This document shows positions 24,653 to 36,640 of a stretch of 64,000 nt of DNA, piece by piece. This DNA is from Octopus sinensis (Eukaryota), in NCBI RefSeq assembly GCF_006345805.1, contig NC_043002.1:4836001-4900000 (forward strand). The letters run 5' to 3'. Both the position numbers and the translations under genes were made by a program. Position 1 is the stretch's first letter. Every line of letters starts with the position of its first letter. Under the pieces are notes generated by a model that was given only the letters and a program-made list of their open reading frames with translations, did not search any database and was not told the origin of the DNA.

Positions 24653-25100
24653 CAAATTCAGACGTCCGTTCCACTCAACCAGCCGAAGATTTTAAGCATC
24701 ACACACTGTAAATAAGGAACCAGAAAACGAATCGTCACCTCCGACGACGACGACTCTTGGTGAATATCCTGGTTTCTCCGTAGTTAAGAACAATCTCTAT
24801 AGAACAGGTAATATATCGCACGTTATGTACAATAGGATGGTGCTTGCTGATAATGGACAGGCAGGAACGAAAGAGCGACGGTCTGAAAGAATTCAAATGA
24901 TTTTATCGTATTTAATTTCGTTCTTCAAAGCTGTGATTTCAAACCCCAGGAGAGCCGAGTCGATCTTTCCATTATTCACCAACCGGCGCAGGATTAAACA
25001 ACTACAGCTTATAAAATAATGGAGGAGAGAATCTGATTAGATCGACAATGTATACAGTCCCCTACCAACACCGGTCTTCTGAAGGAAAAAAAAAATTATC
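24653..25100 (-). other. Candidate 5' UTR / first exon of a minus-strand gene
   Basis: Strong donor ttg|gtgagt at 24652 in unique CpG-rich sequence flanked by (CT)n/(GA)n tracts; upstream boundary approximate. Confidence 0.4.
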
Positions 25101-26581
25101 CCCACTGAAGAATTAAAAAGTTTTCTCTCTCTCTCTGTCTTTCTTTCTCTCACACACACTATTTAGCTATCTGTCTCCTCCAGTTGTAAGCGAGAGAGAA
25201 AGAAATGTACGACACTTTCATTTCACAAATCTCTCGAAAATTATTACGGGTGGGAAGAGAGAGAGAGACTTGCAAAAGTTTATTTGCCCAGTGATACATT
25301 TCGTATGATTAATTAAGGATAACGCAAATTAATTACACTTACGCGCGGAAACACACACACACCTTATATATGTGTACGTGCTATATATTATATATATATT
25401 ACGAATATATATATATAATATACAAACATAAGTGTGTGTGTACGTGAGTTTATAATGTAAGCCGCTTATTGTAATCTATTTATGAGGAAGCTTTTTAGAT
25501 AACAATAACCAGCTGATAACATTTAAGCGTTGATGCCGTTAGATAACCATTCGATAACGTGATTATGTAAGTGTGAAGAATAAGCTTTTTACTACCATTT
25601 CATTAGTGAGACAACAGTATCTCAGTGTGTGAGGGCGCGTGGCTTAGTGGTTAGGGTGGGGTGTTGCACTCACGATTGCTAGATCGTGGGTTCGATTCTG
25701 GACCGGGCGGCGTGTAGTATTCTTGAGCAAAACACTTCGTTTCACGTTGCCCTGCGAGCATTTCAACATTTGACGGGTGGCACACTTGTATACCCGTACA
25801 GACAATGTCGCTGGAGGCACTGAGCTAATGTTCTGCATATACATTTGATCACAATAAACAAAACACTTGTGCAGGTCACCTGAGGGTGATATGTTCTTCA
25901 TCAATGTGTGTATGTGTAGTTATATAATGTATATATCTACATGTATATACATATAGATCGTTGGAGTAGTCTGTTAAGGAATAGGGATTGGCAATTGTAG
26001 CACCAAGAGATGGAAAAACACCATTACCTGGAGCAAGGAGGATCTTAGCATAAAGGCAGTAGGACCAGACAAAGGAACTCTGGAGCACTGACCAAGGAAA
26101 AGTGTCCCTCCTCTTTCTTGCAAACAACCTTAAAATATGAGGTAAAGACAACCAGCGCAGAGCAACTCTTTGCATCGTAAACCACATTTTGACGAGACTA
26201 GCATGAAGTCTTAATTCCCATTGAAGTTGGCTGCCACAACTTTCCACCATTTCCTGCACAAAATAGGTCTGGAACACAGACAATTGAAGAAACCCATTAA
26301 GGAATAGTCACAGTAGCTGAAATCAACTGAAGATGGCTGTGGTTGATAAGAGACCACAAGTGGACCCCTTCCAAAGGTGAAAACAAGCTCAGATGAAGTG
26401 TACAGGCTAAAGGATGAAACGCTTAAGACTCTGAGGTACCTACCTACATTATGGAAAGAGTTCAAGCAATGAAATGGATTTAGAAGACCTTGCAAAAACC
26501 TTTATGCGTAGCTCCTCAGTTTCTGCATGGGGCAAAGCATCTCTGATGTTTATTTCATCTAATATATATATATGTGTGTGT

Positions 26582-26865
26582 GTGGAGGTGCAATGGCCCA
26601 GAGGTTAGGGTAGCGAACTCGCGGTTGTAGGATCGCAGTTTCGATTCCCAGACTGGGCGTTGTGAGTGTTTATTGAGCGAAAACACCTAAAGCTCCACGA
26701 GGCTCCAGCATTGGGGAGCGATCTTTGCTGTACTCTTTCGCCACAACTTTCTCTCACTCTTTCTTCTGTTGGCCTGCTCACTTAGCCAGCGGGCTGGCGT
26801 CACTTGAAGGCTAAAACAATGCGATGTAGCAACATCTGATAGCATGGTCACTCGCGATAACAGTG
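26582..26865 (+). mobile_element. tRNA-derived SINE, family A (tail type 1)
   Basis: Head gtggaggtgcaatggccc and family core. Confidence 0.8.
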
Positions 26866-27206
26866 AATATATATGTATATATATACCATCGTCATCATCC
26901 ATCAGCATCGTTTAACATCTGCTTTCCATACTGGCATCAGTTTGACTGAGGACTTCATGCCAGAAGGCTGCACCAGGCCCAGTCTGATCTGGCAGAGTTT
27001 CTACAGCTGGATGCCCTTCCTAACACCATCCACTCCGGGAGTGTAGTGGGTGCTTTTTATGTGCCACCAGCACGAGTGCCAGTTAGGCAGCACTGGTATC
27101 AGTCATGCTTGAATGGTGTTTTTTACATGCCACCAGTATGAATGGGTGCCTATATATATCAATAAAATGATTATATGTATATAATGTTTTATATATATAT
27201 ATATAT

Positions 27207-27615
27207 AGACGCAGGAGTGGCTGTGTGGTAAGTAGCTTGTTTACCAACCACATGGTTCCAGGTTCAGTCCCACTGTGTGACACCTTGGTGCAAGTGTCTT
27301 CTACTATAGCATCGGGCCGACCAAAGCCTTGTGAGTGGATTTGGTAGACGGAAACTGAAAGAAGCCCGTCGTATATATGTATATATACATATATATATGT
27401 ATATATACATATATATGTATATATATGCGTTTGTGTGTTTGTCGCCCTAGCATTGCTTGACAACCGATGCTGGTGTGTTTATGTCCCCGATACTTAGCGG
27501 TTCGACAAAAGAGACCGATAGAATAAGTACTGGGCTTACAAAAGAATAAGTTGCTCGATTAAAGGCGGCGCTCCAGCATGGCCACAGTCAAATGACTGAA
27601 ACAAGTAAAAGAGTA
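27207..27615 (+). mobile_element. tRNA-derived SINE family B
   Basis: Full head-core-microsatellite-tail arrangement. Confidence 0.85.
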
Positions 27616-27990
27616 ATATATATATAAAACATGTGAATATGAGTACATGTATGTGTTCAGATATGTGTCCATATATACACACATATTTTAGTGTGTGTGT
27701 GTATACACATACACACAAACATGTTATATAGTATATACATATATGTGTAATATATCTTATTAAGATAATACACAAAAATATGATGTATGCCTTCATATAT
27801 GATTTATACTAGTATATATAACAGATATAATTCACACACACACATATATATATGTGTGTGTGTGTGTATTGTATATACACTTTGCTATCCATTGACATAT
27901 CCATGACATATATATATATTTTATACACACATATATTACATAATATATATGTATTTATAATGAATTATGCTTACATATACATAAACACAT

Positions 27991-28053
<63 letters not shown>

Positions 28054-29271
28054 ATAATTATTGTAATATTATATATGTATTGAGTTGTGAGATAAATTCA
28101 TTCATTTCTGTCCATTATTATTTGAATTAAGATGAAAAATATTTGTTATCAGTGTTTTATGGTGTTTCGTAGTTCTATTCTTTGTCTATAACTTTTGTTT
28201 ATCATTTCTGAAATTTCAATAAATTTTACCTCTTTTCAAACACATTATGACGGAATGCCATGTAGTAAAAAATTAGCAATTTCAACATGTTTCTTTTCAC
28301 ATTCAATGTTTCAAAGCTGGTAGATCCACTCTTGACATTTGCCTTGAGGGTGCAAACCCAGGTCCAAATACTTTACAAACAAAGTTGGGTTTTTAAAATC
28401 TTAATATCAAAACAAACACAATCGTAATAATAATTTCAAATTCTGGCACAAAACAAGCAATTTGGGGAGAGAAGTAAGTCAATCACATCAACTCCAGCGC
28501 CCAACTAGTACTGATTTTATCGACCCCGAAAGGATGAAAGGCAAAGTTAGTCTCAGTGGAATTTGAACTCAGAGCATAAAGACGGATGAAATGCCACTAA
28601 GCATTTTTATCAGTGTGCTAATGATTCAGCCAACTCACCACCCTAAACACAAAAAAGGCACCCATGCCAGTGACACGTAAAAGCCACCTGGTGGATATCT
28701 CAGGGTCTCACTCATCTGAATATGTAAATTAGCGTTTCTAACGTCCCTTCACTGGCACCTGTGCCGGTGGCATGTGCAAAAAGATTCGAGCGAGGTCATT
28801 GCCAGTACCGCTTGACTGGCCCCCGTGGCAGTGGCACGTAAAAAGCACCCACTACACTCTCGGAGTGGTTGGCGTTAGGAAGGGCATCCAACTGTAGAAC
28901 CTCTGCCAGATCGGATTGGAGCCTGGTGCAGCCATCTGGTTCGCCAGCCCTCAGTCAAAATCGTCTAACCCATGCTAGCATGGAAAGCAGATGTTAAACG
29001 ATGAGCAATGATGATGTATATGAATGCAGCTCGTCTGCAAGGACCTGCTCTGTCCTCCCTCCTTTTCTTATATTTTCATTCCTCATCTCCTAACATAAAG
29101 CTGACCCTACCCCTTCAGATTTGCAATCTGCATGGTGACCTCAGTGGCACAAAAGAAAAGCACCCAATACACACTACAAAGTGGTTGGTATTAGGAAGGA
29201 CATGCAGTCGTAGAAACAATGCCAAACAGACACTGGAACACAGTCTTGACGATGATGACGAAGAAGAAGAA

Positions 29272-29480
29272 GTTCCTGCGCAACCGCTGAGCCTGGATGC
29301 GTATTCATCCATCCGTCGATGCTCTCGGTGTCGGAGGTTGACCTGCTTTCTCTTCTGCGGGTCTTACGAATAGCAAAGGACCACGTTTCGGACTTCTCCC
29401 ACTACAGACAATCCTGAGGCGTGATCTTGCGAGCTCTGGGGTGAAGACTGCTTCGCTCAACAAACAAACAAACAAGCAGC
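29272..29480 (+). mobile_element. Isolated retroposon 3' tail ending in (CAAA)n
   Basis: Same tail as the SINE at 46845-47227 but without a head. Confidence 0.75.
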
Positions 29481-29849
29481 AGCAGCAGGAAAACTAGCTA
29501 TGAGAGGAATCAACTTTAGTAATAGAGAAGCTACAGTGGTTAGAGATTGGTGATGCATATGAATGTTAAATGCATAAAGGAGTACATACAAGCTAAAAAG
29601 AAAACTGACGATAAGAGAAATCGGCTGTTGAGTATAAGAGAGAGAGGAATCAACTGTTGTGCAGGCATGTGATGCATTTGAAAGATAAGAGTTGGATAAA
29701 GAGGTACAAAGCAATGCGAGGGGAAGGAACCTGTGGAAAATAACCAAGAAAGGCATGGGAAGTGCAAAGGAGATGACACAGGGTTATAAGTGGCATAATG
29801 CTGTGTTTGAGAAGACTCATCCATTCTAATCAAGCACAGAAAAATAGTC

Positions 29850-30200
29850 GTCATCATCATCATCATCGCTTAACGTCCGTTTTCCATGCTAGCATGGGTT
29901 GGATGGTTCGACCGGGGTCTGGGAAGCCAGGAGGCTGCACCAGGCTCCAGTCTGATCTGGCAGTGTTTCTACAGCTGGATGCCCTTCCTAATGCCAACCA
30001 CTCCATGAGTGTAGTGGGTGCTTTTTACGTGCCATCGGCACAGGTGCCAGGGGAGGCTGGCAACGGTCAAGATCGGTTGGTGGGTTTTACTTGCCACCAA
30101 CACGGAAGCCAGTCAAGGCGGCGCTGGCATCGGCCACATACGGATGGTGCTTTTTACGTGCCACTGGCACAGGTGCCAGGGTAGGTTGGCTTGCCAGAAT
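29850..30200 (-). mobile_element. RTE 3'-tail element
   Basis: (CAT)n, tail stem-loop and 62-bp units. Confidence 0.85.
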
Positions 30201-30874
30201 CACTATATTTGTATCAGCACATAATGAACAAAATAAAATTTTGCAATGTTTAGGCACAGCAGAGTTATCTCCCATTACACCAAACATTTTTTTTTTCCTC
30301 AGAAGACCAATAAAATAATCCCTCAGTGTTGAGGGACAATATAATCAACTGAAATAAATTAAAAGAGTGCTCTAACATAACCATGAACTGGTGGCTGAAA
30401 TCAGCAAAAGGGTATGTTGTGTGTTTGAGTGTATACATATATTTAATAAGAGTTTGACTCAGCTCAAAGTTACATGAAGTTTCATGGGCACACAAACATG
30501 TCCACCTCATCAGATGTTCAGACAGTCTCTGAAGTGGACAGGTTCTACGCACCCCTGAAACTAAGTAAAGTAGAACTGAGTCAAACTATCGTTAAATATC
30601 TGGAATCCCAACTAAATGTGTTGAATGCTAATTACTTTTGTTTGTCCACTCATCTGTATGTATATATTCTTTTACTCCAGCCATGCTGGAGCACTGCCTT
30701 CAGGGTTTTAGTAGAAGAAATTGGCCCCAGGACTTATTCTTTGTAAGCCTAGTACCTATTCTATCAGTCACTTTTGTCAAACCATTAAGTTACAAGGACA
30801 TAAACACACCAACATCAGTTGTCAAGCAATGGGGGATAAACACAGATAAATATATATATATATATATATATATA

Positions 30875-31132
30875 CCGGAGTAAACACATAAATGTGAAAC
30901 AAGGTGGAAAAAAGAGTACTCAAATACCAGTGGTAGAGTAATATGCTTTATTTTAAGCAGCAGAAAATTCAACAAAATCTGTTACTCTGAGTTTCTCGTT
31001 GGCATTCATCAGACAGTTTTTGCTAGAATGGAATTGATATATCAGTTCCATTCTAGCAAAAACTGTCTGATGAACGGCAACGAGAAACTCAGAGTAACAG
31101 ATTTTGTTGAATTTTCTGCTGCTTAAAATAAA

Positions 31133-31133
<1 letters not shown>
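30875..31133. mobile_element. Asymmetric fold-back insertion (94-bp arms), Penelope-like terminus
   Basis: 30946-31133 is a palindrome with 3 mismatches centred on gatatatc, plus a 71-bp unpaired extension, flanked by (TA)n. Confidence 0.7.
31063..31100 (+). ncRNA. Minimal type I hammerhead ribozyme motif (mirror copy on the minus strand in the left arm)
   Basis: ctgt-CTGATGA-acggcaacga-GAAAC-tcaga-GTA-acag: intact core, stem I ctgt/acag, very short stem III, weak stem II with an A-A closing mismatch. Confidence 0.7.
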
Positions 31134-31169
<36 letters not shown>

Positions 31170-31667
31170 CATGCTTCTTTCTGTCTACCAAATCCACTCA
31201 CAAGGCTTTGGTCGGCCCAAGGCTATAGTAGAAGACACTTGCCCAAGGTGCCACGCAGTGGGACTGAACCCGGAACCATGTAGTTGGGAAGCAAGCTTCT
31301 TACCACACAGCCACATCTTGCCTATATATATATTGTTGTTTGTTTCTTCTCAAGCTATGCCTTGCTCATAAGGGCTGGTTTCTCAGTTTCATTGGCATAT
31401 AAATTTCCCACCTGAACAGGACGACAGTCTATCACAAGTGAGCTGCTAGACGCAGGAGGAAGGAGCGAGAGCAAGTTGTGGCGAAAGAGTCAGCAGAAGT
31501 TCGCCATCACCTTCTGCTGGAGCCGCATGGAGCTTAGGTGCTTCACTCATAAACACACACATCACCTGGTCTGTGATCCAAACCCGCGATCCCACGACCA
31601 TGATATGAGTCCACTGCTCTAATCACTAGGCAATGTGCCTCCACACACATACATATATATATATATA

Positions 31668-32072
31668 TAATCAAAATAAGCAACAAGGATATCCAAGGTA
31701 GAGTAGTACAATTGTTTCATGCTACTCCATTTTATTAAACACTGTAAGTATTACATCAGTTTTAAAATGTCGAGCAATCTTCAGCCACATATAGAATTTT
31801 CCAATTAAACAGACAATGCACATTCTTATGAAATAGGGATAAGAATGTGCATTGTCCATTTAACTGGAAAATTCTATATGTGACTGAAGATTGCTTGACA
31901 TTTTAAAACTGATGTTTTACTTACAGTGTTTAATAAAATGAAGTAGCATGAAACAATTGTACTACTCTACCTTGGATATCCTTGTTGCTTATATTGATTA
32001 TAATCACCCCATTTGATTTATATGGATAATACCATACAAAATTCTGGTGCCTTTAAATTAAGTACCATATTC
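31668..32072. repeat. Asymmetric fold-back insertion (162-bp arms, 9-nt loop)
   Basis: 31668-31829 pairs with 31839-32000; the unpaired extension matches 54588-54700 in reverse. Confidence 0.9.
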
Positions 32073-32089
32073 ATCTGAATCTATATATA

Positions 32090-32120
<31 letters not shown>

Positions 32121-32127
<7 letters not shown>

Positions 32128-32330
32128 ATATGTTACATTACTCGATAGTCAAGATAAAACTCTGAGTTTTAGATGCCGAAGTGGGAATCCACAACGTCAT
32201 CTCTTCGGTTATCTGGCTCAGAGTTTTATCTTGACTATCGAGTAATGTAACATATTATTTTATAGATAAATTTCCTCTATTCACATAATATTGAGGTCTC
32301 TTTCTTTCTTTTGTTATCTTACCGTTTTAC
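32121..32330. repeat. Asymmetric fold-back insertion (46-bp perfect arms, 50-nt spacer)
   Basis: 32121-32166 pairs with 32217-32262; same family as 57301-57554. Confidence 0.9.
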
Positions 32331-32347
32331 CAATATATATATATATA

Positions 32348-32479
32348 CTTTATTTAAAGCAGCAGAAAATTCAACAAATTGTTGAATTTTCTGTTGCTTT
32401 AAATAAGGCATATTACTCTACCACTGGTATTTGAGTACTCTGTTTTCCACCTTGTTTCACATTTATGTGTTTACTCCGG
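32348..32479. repeat. Short fold-back of the 30875 family, inverted orientation, hairpin tip deleted
   Basis: agcagcagaaaattcaacaa-a-ttgttgaattttctgttgct, then the reverse complement of 30875-30945. Confidence 0.9.
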
Positions 32480-32509
32480 TATATATATATATATAATATA
32501 TATATATAT

Positions 32510-32543
<34 letters not shown>

Positions 32544-33134
32544 ATATCACCATCCTCATCACTTAGTGTCCATTTTCTATACTGGCATGGGTTAGATGGT
32601 TTGACTGGAGCTGCACCAGGCTTCAGTTTGTTTTGGTATGGTCTCTACGGCTGGATGCACTTCTTAATGCCAACCACTCTACAGAGTATACCACGTGTCT
32701 TCAACGTATTACTAGCATGGATGCTTTTTATGTGTCACCAGTACAGACACCTTTTGTGTGTCACTGGAATTGGCCACAACCATAATTTCACTAAACTTAA
32801 CACGTCTTTTCAAGCACAGCAAATCACCGACAATCTCCGTCACTTGTCATTGCCTCCATCAGACTCGAACATCTGAAGACCGTATTTCCCCAGCTCCTCC
32901 TCCATCATCTTGGGTCTACCTCTTCCACAGGTTCCCTCCACAGTTAGAGATCAGCATCTCTTTATGCAACTGTCCTCATCCACATGCATCACACACACAC
33001 ACACATGCCTTCCAAACAAAATTGAAAGGGATACAAAATTTACTTGTTTATAAACAACAAGTTGCAGGATTACATTTTGGAATTGAATAATAAATTGTTG
33101 CGGTTTTGTTCTCTATTTTCATGCCTTTCTTTTT

Positions 33135-33542
33135 TTTCACTTGTTTCGGTCATTTGACTGTGGCCATGCTGGAGCACCGCCTTTAGTCAAGCAAATCGAC
33201 CCCAGGACTTATTCTTTGTAAGCCTAGTACTTACTCTATCAGTCTCCTTTGCCGAACCGCTAAGTTACGGGGACGTAAACACACCAGCATTGGTTGTCAA
33301 GCGATGTTGGGGGGAACAAACACAGACACACAAACCTATACACACACATACATATATATATATATATAGACATATATACGACGGACTTCTTTTTAGTTTC
33401 CGTCTACCAAATCCACTCACAAGGCTTTGGTCGGCCCGAGACTATAGTAGAAGACACTTGCCTAAGGTGCCACGCAGTGGGATTGAACCCGGAACCATGT
33501 GGTTGGTAAGCAAGCTACTTACCACACAGCCACTCCTGCGCC
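33135..33542 (-). mobile_element. tRNA-derived SINE family B
   Basis: Full-length copy. Confidence 0.85.
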
Positions 33543-33653
33543 TTTGTTTATATTTAATTTCATTTTGTTTCTTCGTTCCAAGTTCAGGAAAATTATAAAA
33601 GTCAGGTTCAAATTATTTCCATTAGTTTGTTTTGCATTGATCTGTTTTAAATA

Positions 33654-34052
33654 TCTTTATATATAAAACTGTAATTGTGTGAGTGTCTGTCTCCTACCAT
33701 TTAGATTCCTAACTACTCCCACATTTTGCAGTGCAGTTTAACCAAAACCGGGTTTCTTATAGTCGTGATTCATATCGAGCCCTTCTGGGTATTAGTGCGC
33801 GTCTACGATGAGTCTACGATTTAAAAAATAATTTACCATCAATTTTTTCCATTTTTAATGCATTTTTGGCATATATAAGGGAAGTAACTCTCTAAAAATG
33901 TATTATTAAATCTCAGAACGTAAAAAGCTACAGTAACACCACCCCCCTTTGTGGTTAGCCATATTGAGATGGCTATTATACTTAACATCTCTAAAAATGC
34001 TTATATAGTTATTTCCCTTACAAACCCGAGCAACGCCGGGCGATACTGCTAG
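33654..34052 (+). mobile_element. Complete non-autonomous Helitron (399 bp)
   Basis: Inserted between A and T, 5' TC, subterminal GC-rich hairpin cccgagcaacgccggg, 3' CTAG. Confidence 0.85.
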
Positions 34053-35412
34053 TAATTATATATTTTTTAAATAATTTTAAAGTGTTCTGGCTGTTTAGCC
34101 CCAGGATAACCACTAACAAAGAGATCTATGATCTAAAGCATTCTAACCATGCCTATTCCATTTAATTTTTTTTTTTCAATAGCCAGTCTTATTCAGAGCT
34201 ATCTGGTCTCACGTTCAACTTCATTCTCAACTCACCATTTCCCCTTTTTTGTAATATGTTGTGTTTAACACCTTCATCAAATCTCTGCACTAACCCCTAC
34301 ACCTAGTCCTTCCACCCTAGAATGTCAGTCCTTTGGAAATCACTCCCACCTCTGTACATCTTACCTGCAGTCATCAACTAGTAACTATTTAAGCAAAATG
34401 TTAACAGCATCAATCTCACCAGTCTTGAAAGCAGGTGAGATTGACCAAGGACCAATGCACCTTCTTCCAGATCTAACTAATAAAATATATCATCATCATC
34501 ACTATGTAACATCCATCTTCCATGCTGGCATGGGTTGGATGGTTTGTCAAGATCCAATGGACCAAGAACTTCATTGTGTTCCCACAACTGCTTTGGAGTG
34601 GTTTCTACAGCTGGATGCCCTTCCTAATGCTAAACACCTGGAGCAAGTATCTTCTAATCCAGCTTCAAACCAACCAAGACCTTGTGAATAGATTTTGTAG
34701 CCAGAGACCTATTGTATCCGTATATATAAATGTGTGTGTGTGTGTGTGTGTGTGTTTGTTTGTTTTCCTTATCTTGACAGAGTATGATAACTGTAAGCAA
34801 GTGTCACTGTTATACAAGCAGCACCCTTCATTTCCAATTTTCAATGGAAGCATGTCTGCTCATAGGAAAAAATGCCTTGCTTGGAACTAGGTGAGTGTTG
34901 ACTAGGGGTCACACCAGGTTTCCTAGTCTGTTTTGGCTTGGTTTCTACAGCTGGATGCCCTTCCTAACACCAATCATTCCAGTGTACTGGGTGCTTTTTA
35001 TGTGGCACCATCAACAGTGCTTTTTAAGTGGCACCAGTATCAGAGCTTTTTATGTGGAACCAACACCAACACTTTTTATGTGGCACCTTGGTTTTAGGAT
35101 CTCAATTCTGTTGTGGTGGGCAGGTCTTCTCAAGTTCAACAATGTACCACAAATCTCACCTTTGTGACGCTCAGTATTTTGAGATCAGCTTTCAATACTT
35201 TGTCACATGTCTTCCTGGGTCTCTCTCTTCCACTTTAAGTGACTGGCACTTCTTTATGCGACTGTCTTCATCCATCGACATCACATGACTGAACCAGCAC
35301 AGTCTCTAGTCTTGCACCCTGCAATTAACTCCTCTTATGCTCAACTCCCTTTATACACCAGTGCTCTGTCACTTGTGCACACTGACACCTCACATCCAGC
35401 AGAGCATACCAG

Positions 35413-35775
35413 CTTTTTATATTTCGTTTTTTAATTTGGTTTGCAAGGTTCTTTATATGAGTTCGTGTGTTGAAGCATATTCTGTTGTGTCTGGGGAGAG
35501 TCATTTTCTTTTTGTGCCTTATTATGTAATACACTCACTGGTAAAATTTCCACTTTTTTTCTTATTTTTATTGTTCGAAAATTTTCGTTGTCTTGCAACC
35601 GTTTCAATAGCTTTGACTCTCTCAAAACTCTCTTTCAAAACTATTGAAACGGTTGCAAGACACAACGAAAATTTTAGGACAAAAAAATAAGAAAAACGTG
35701 GAAATTTTACCGGTGAATGTGTTACATAATAAGGCACAAAAAGAAAATGACTCTCCTCAGACACAATAGAAAATA
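35413..35775. repeat. Asymmetric fold-back insertion (about 133-bp arms, 30-nt loop)
   Basis: 35478-35610 pairs imperfectly with 35641-35775. Confidence 0.9.
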
Positions 35776-36268
35776 CCAGCTTTTTTTTGCTTCTCCACAT
35801 TCAGGTCCCATGCAGCATCAGTTTGTACACATGCACCATTAACAATCTTCCCTTCACTCAGCAAGAAAGACCTTTGGTTGCCAACAGATGCAGAAGGTCT
35901 CAGAGTTCTCTCCATCTTATTCTTATTCTAGCAATTACACATTCTGCACAACCTCCTCCACTACTTATTAGGTCACCTAGGTAGCAAAAATTCATCTACA
36001 ACTTCCAGAGAGCCACTGAGACATCTTAAGGAAACCAGTATTCTGTGGTCTTTATGGCTTCTGTACATCTTCCACATGTGAACTCTACTTTCTCTGTTAA
36101 TCTTCCAACTATTCCACTTGTGTATCCACAGCTTGCACTAGGTACACCAATTGGAATATCTACCTACACCCCTCCTACATATCAAGGACCATTTACCTGA
36201 CGGATAAAGGGCCCTGTCCGAATTCTTGCTTACTTGGACCTTGGTCTTCATTAAGTTTACCTTAAGAA

Positions 36269-36301
<33 letters not shown>

Positions 36302-36305
<4 letters not shown>

Positions 36306-36640
36306 TCATCATCATCGTTTAAACGTCCGTTCTCCATGCTAGCATGGGTTGGACGGTTCGACCGGGGATCTGGGAAGCCAGAAGGCTGCACCAGGCTCCA
36401 GTCTAATCTGGCAATGTTTCTACAGCTGGATGCCCTTCCTAACGCCAACAACTCCGTGAGTGTAGTGGGTGCTTTTTACGTGCCACCTGCACAGGTGCCA
36501 GGCGAGGCTGGCAACGGCCACGGTCGGATTGGTGTATTTTATGTGCCACCGGCACGGAAGCCAGTCGAGGCGGTGCTGGCATCGGCCACGAGTCGGATAG
36601 TGCTTTTTACGTACCACCAGACCAGGGATCCTGGCTGGTT
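36302..36640 (-). mobile_element. RTE 3'-tail element
   Basis: (CAT)n, tail stem-loop and 62-bp units. Confidence 0.85.

Noticed and set aside
25960-26520. Coding-like composition
   Set aside because: Stops in all plausible frames; probably a decayed LINE ORF1-like fragment that I cannot assign
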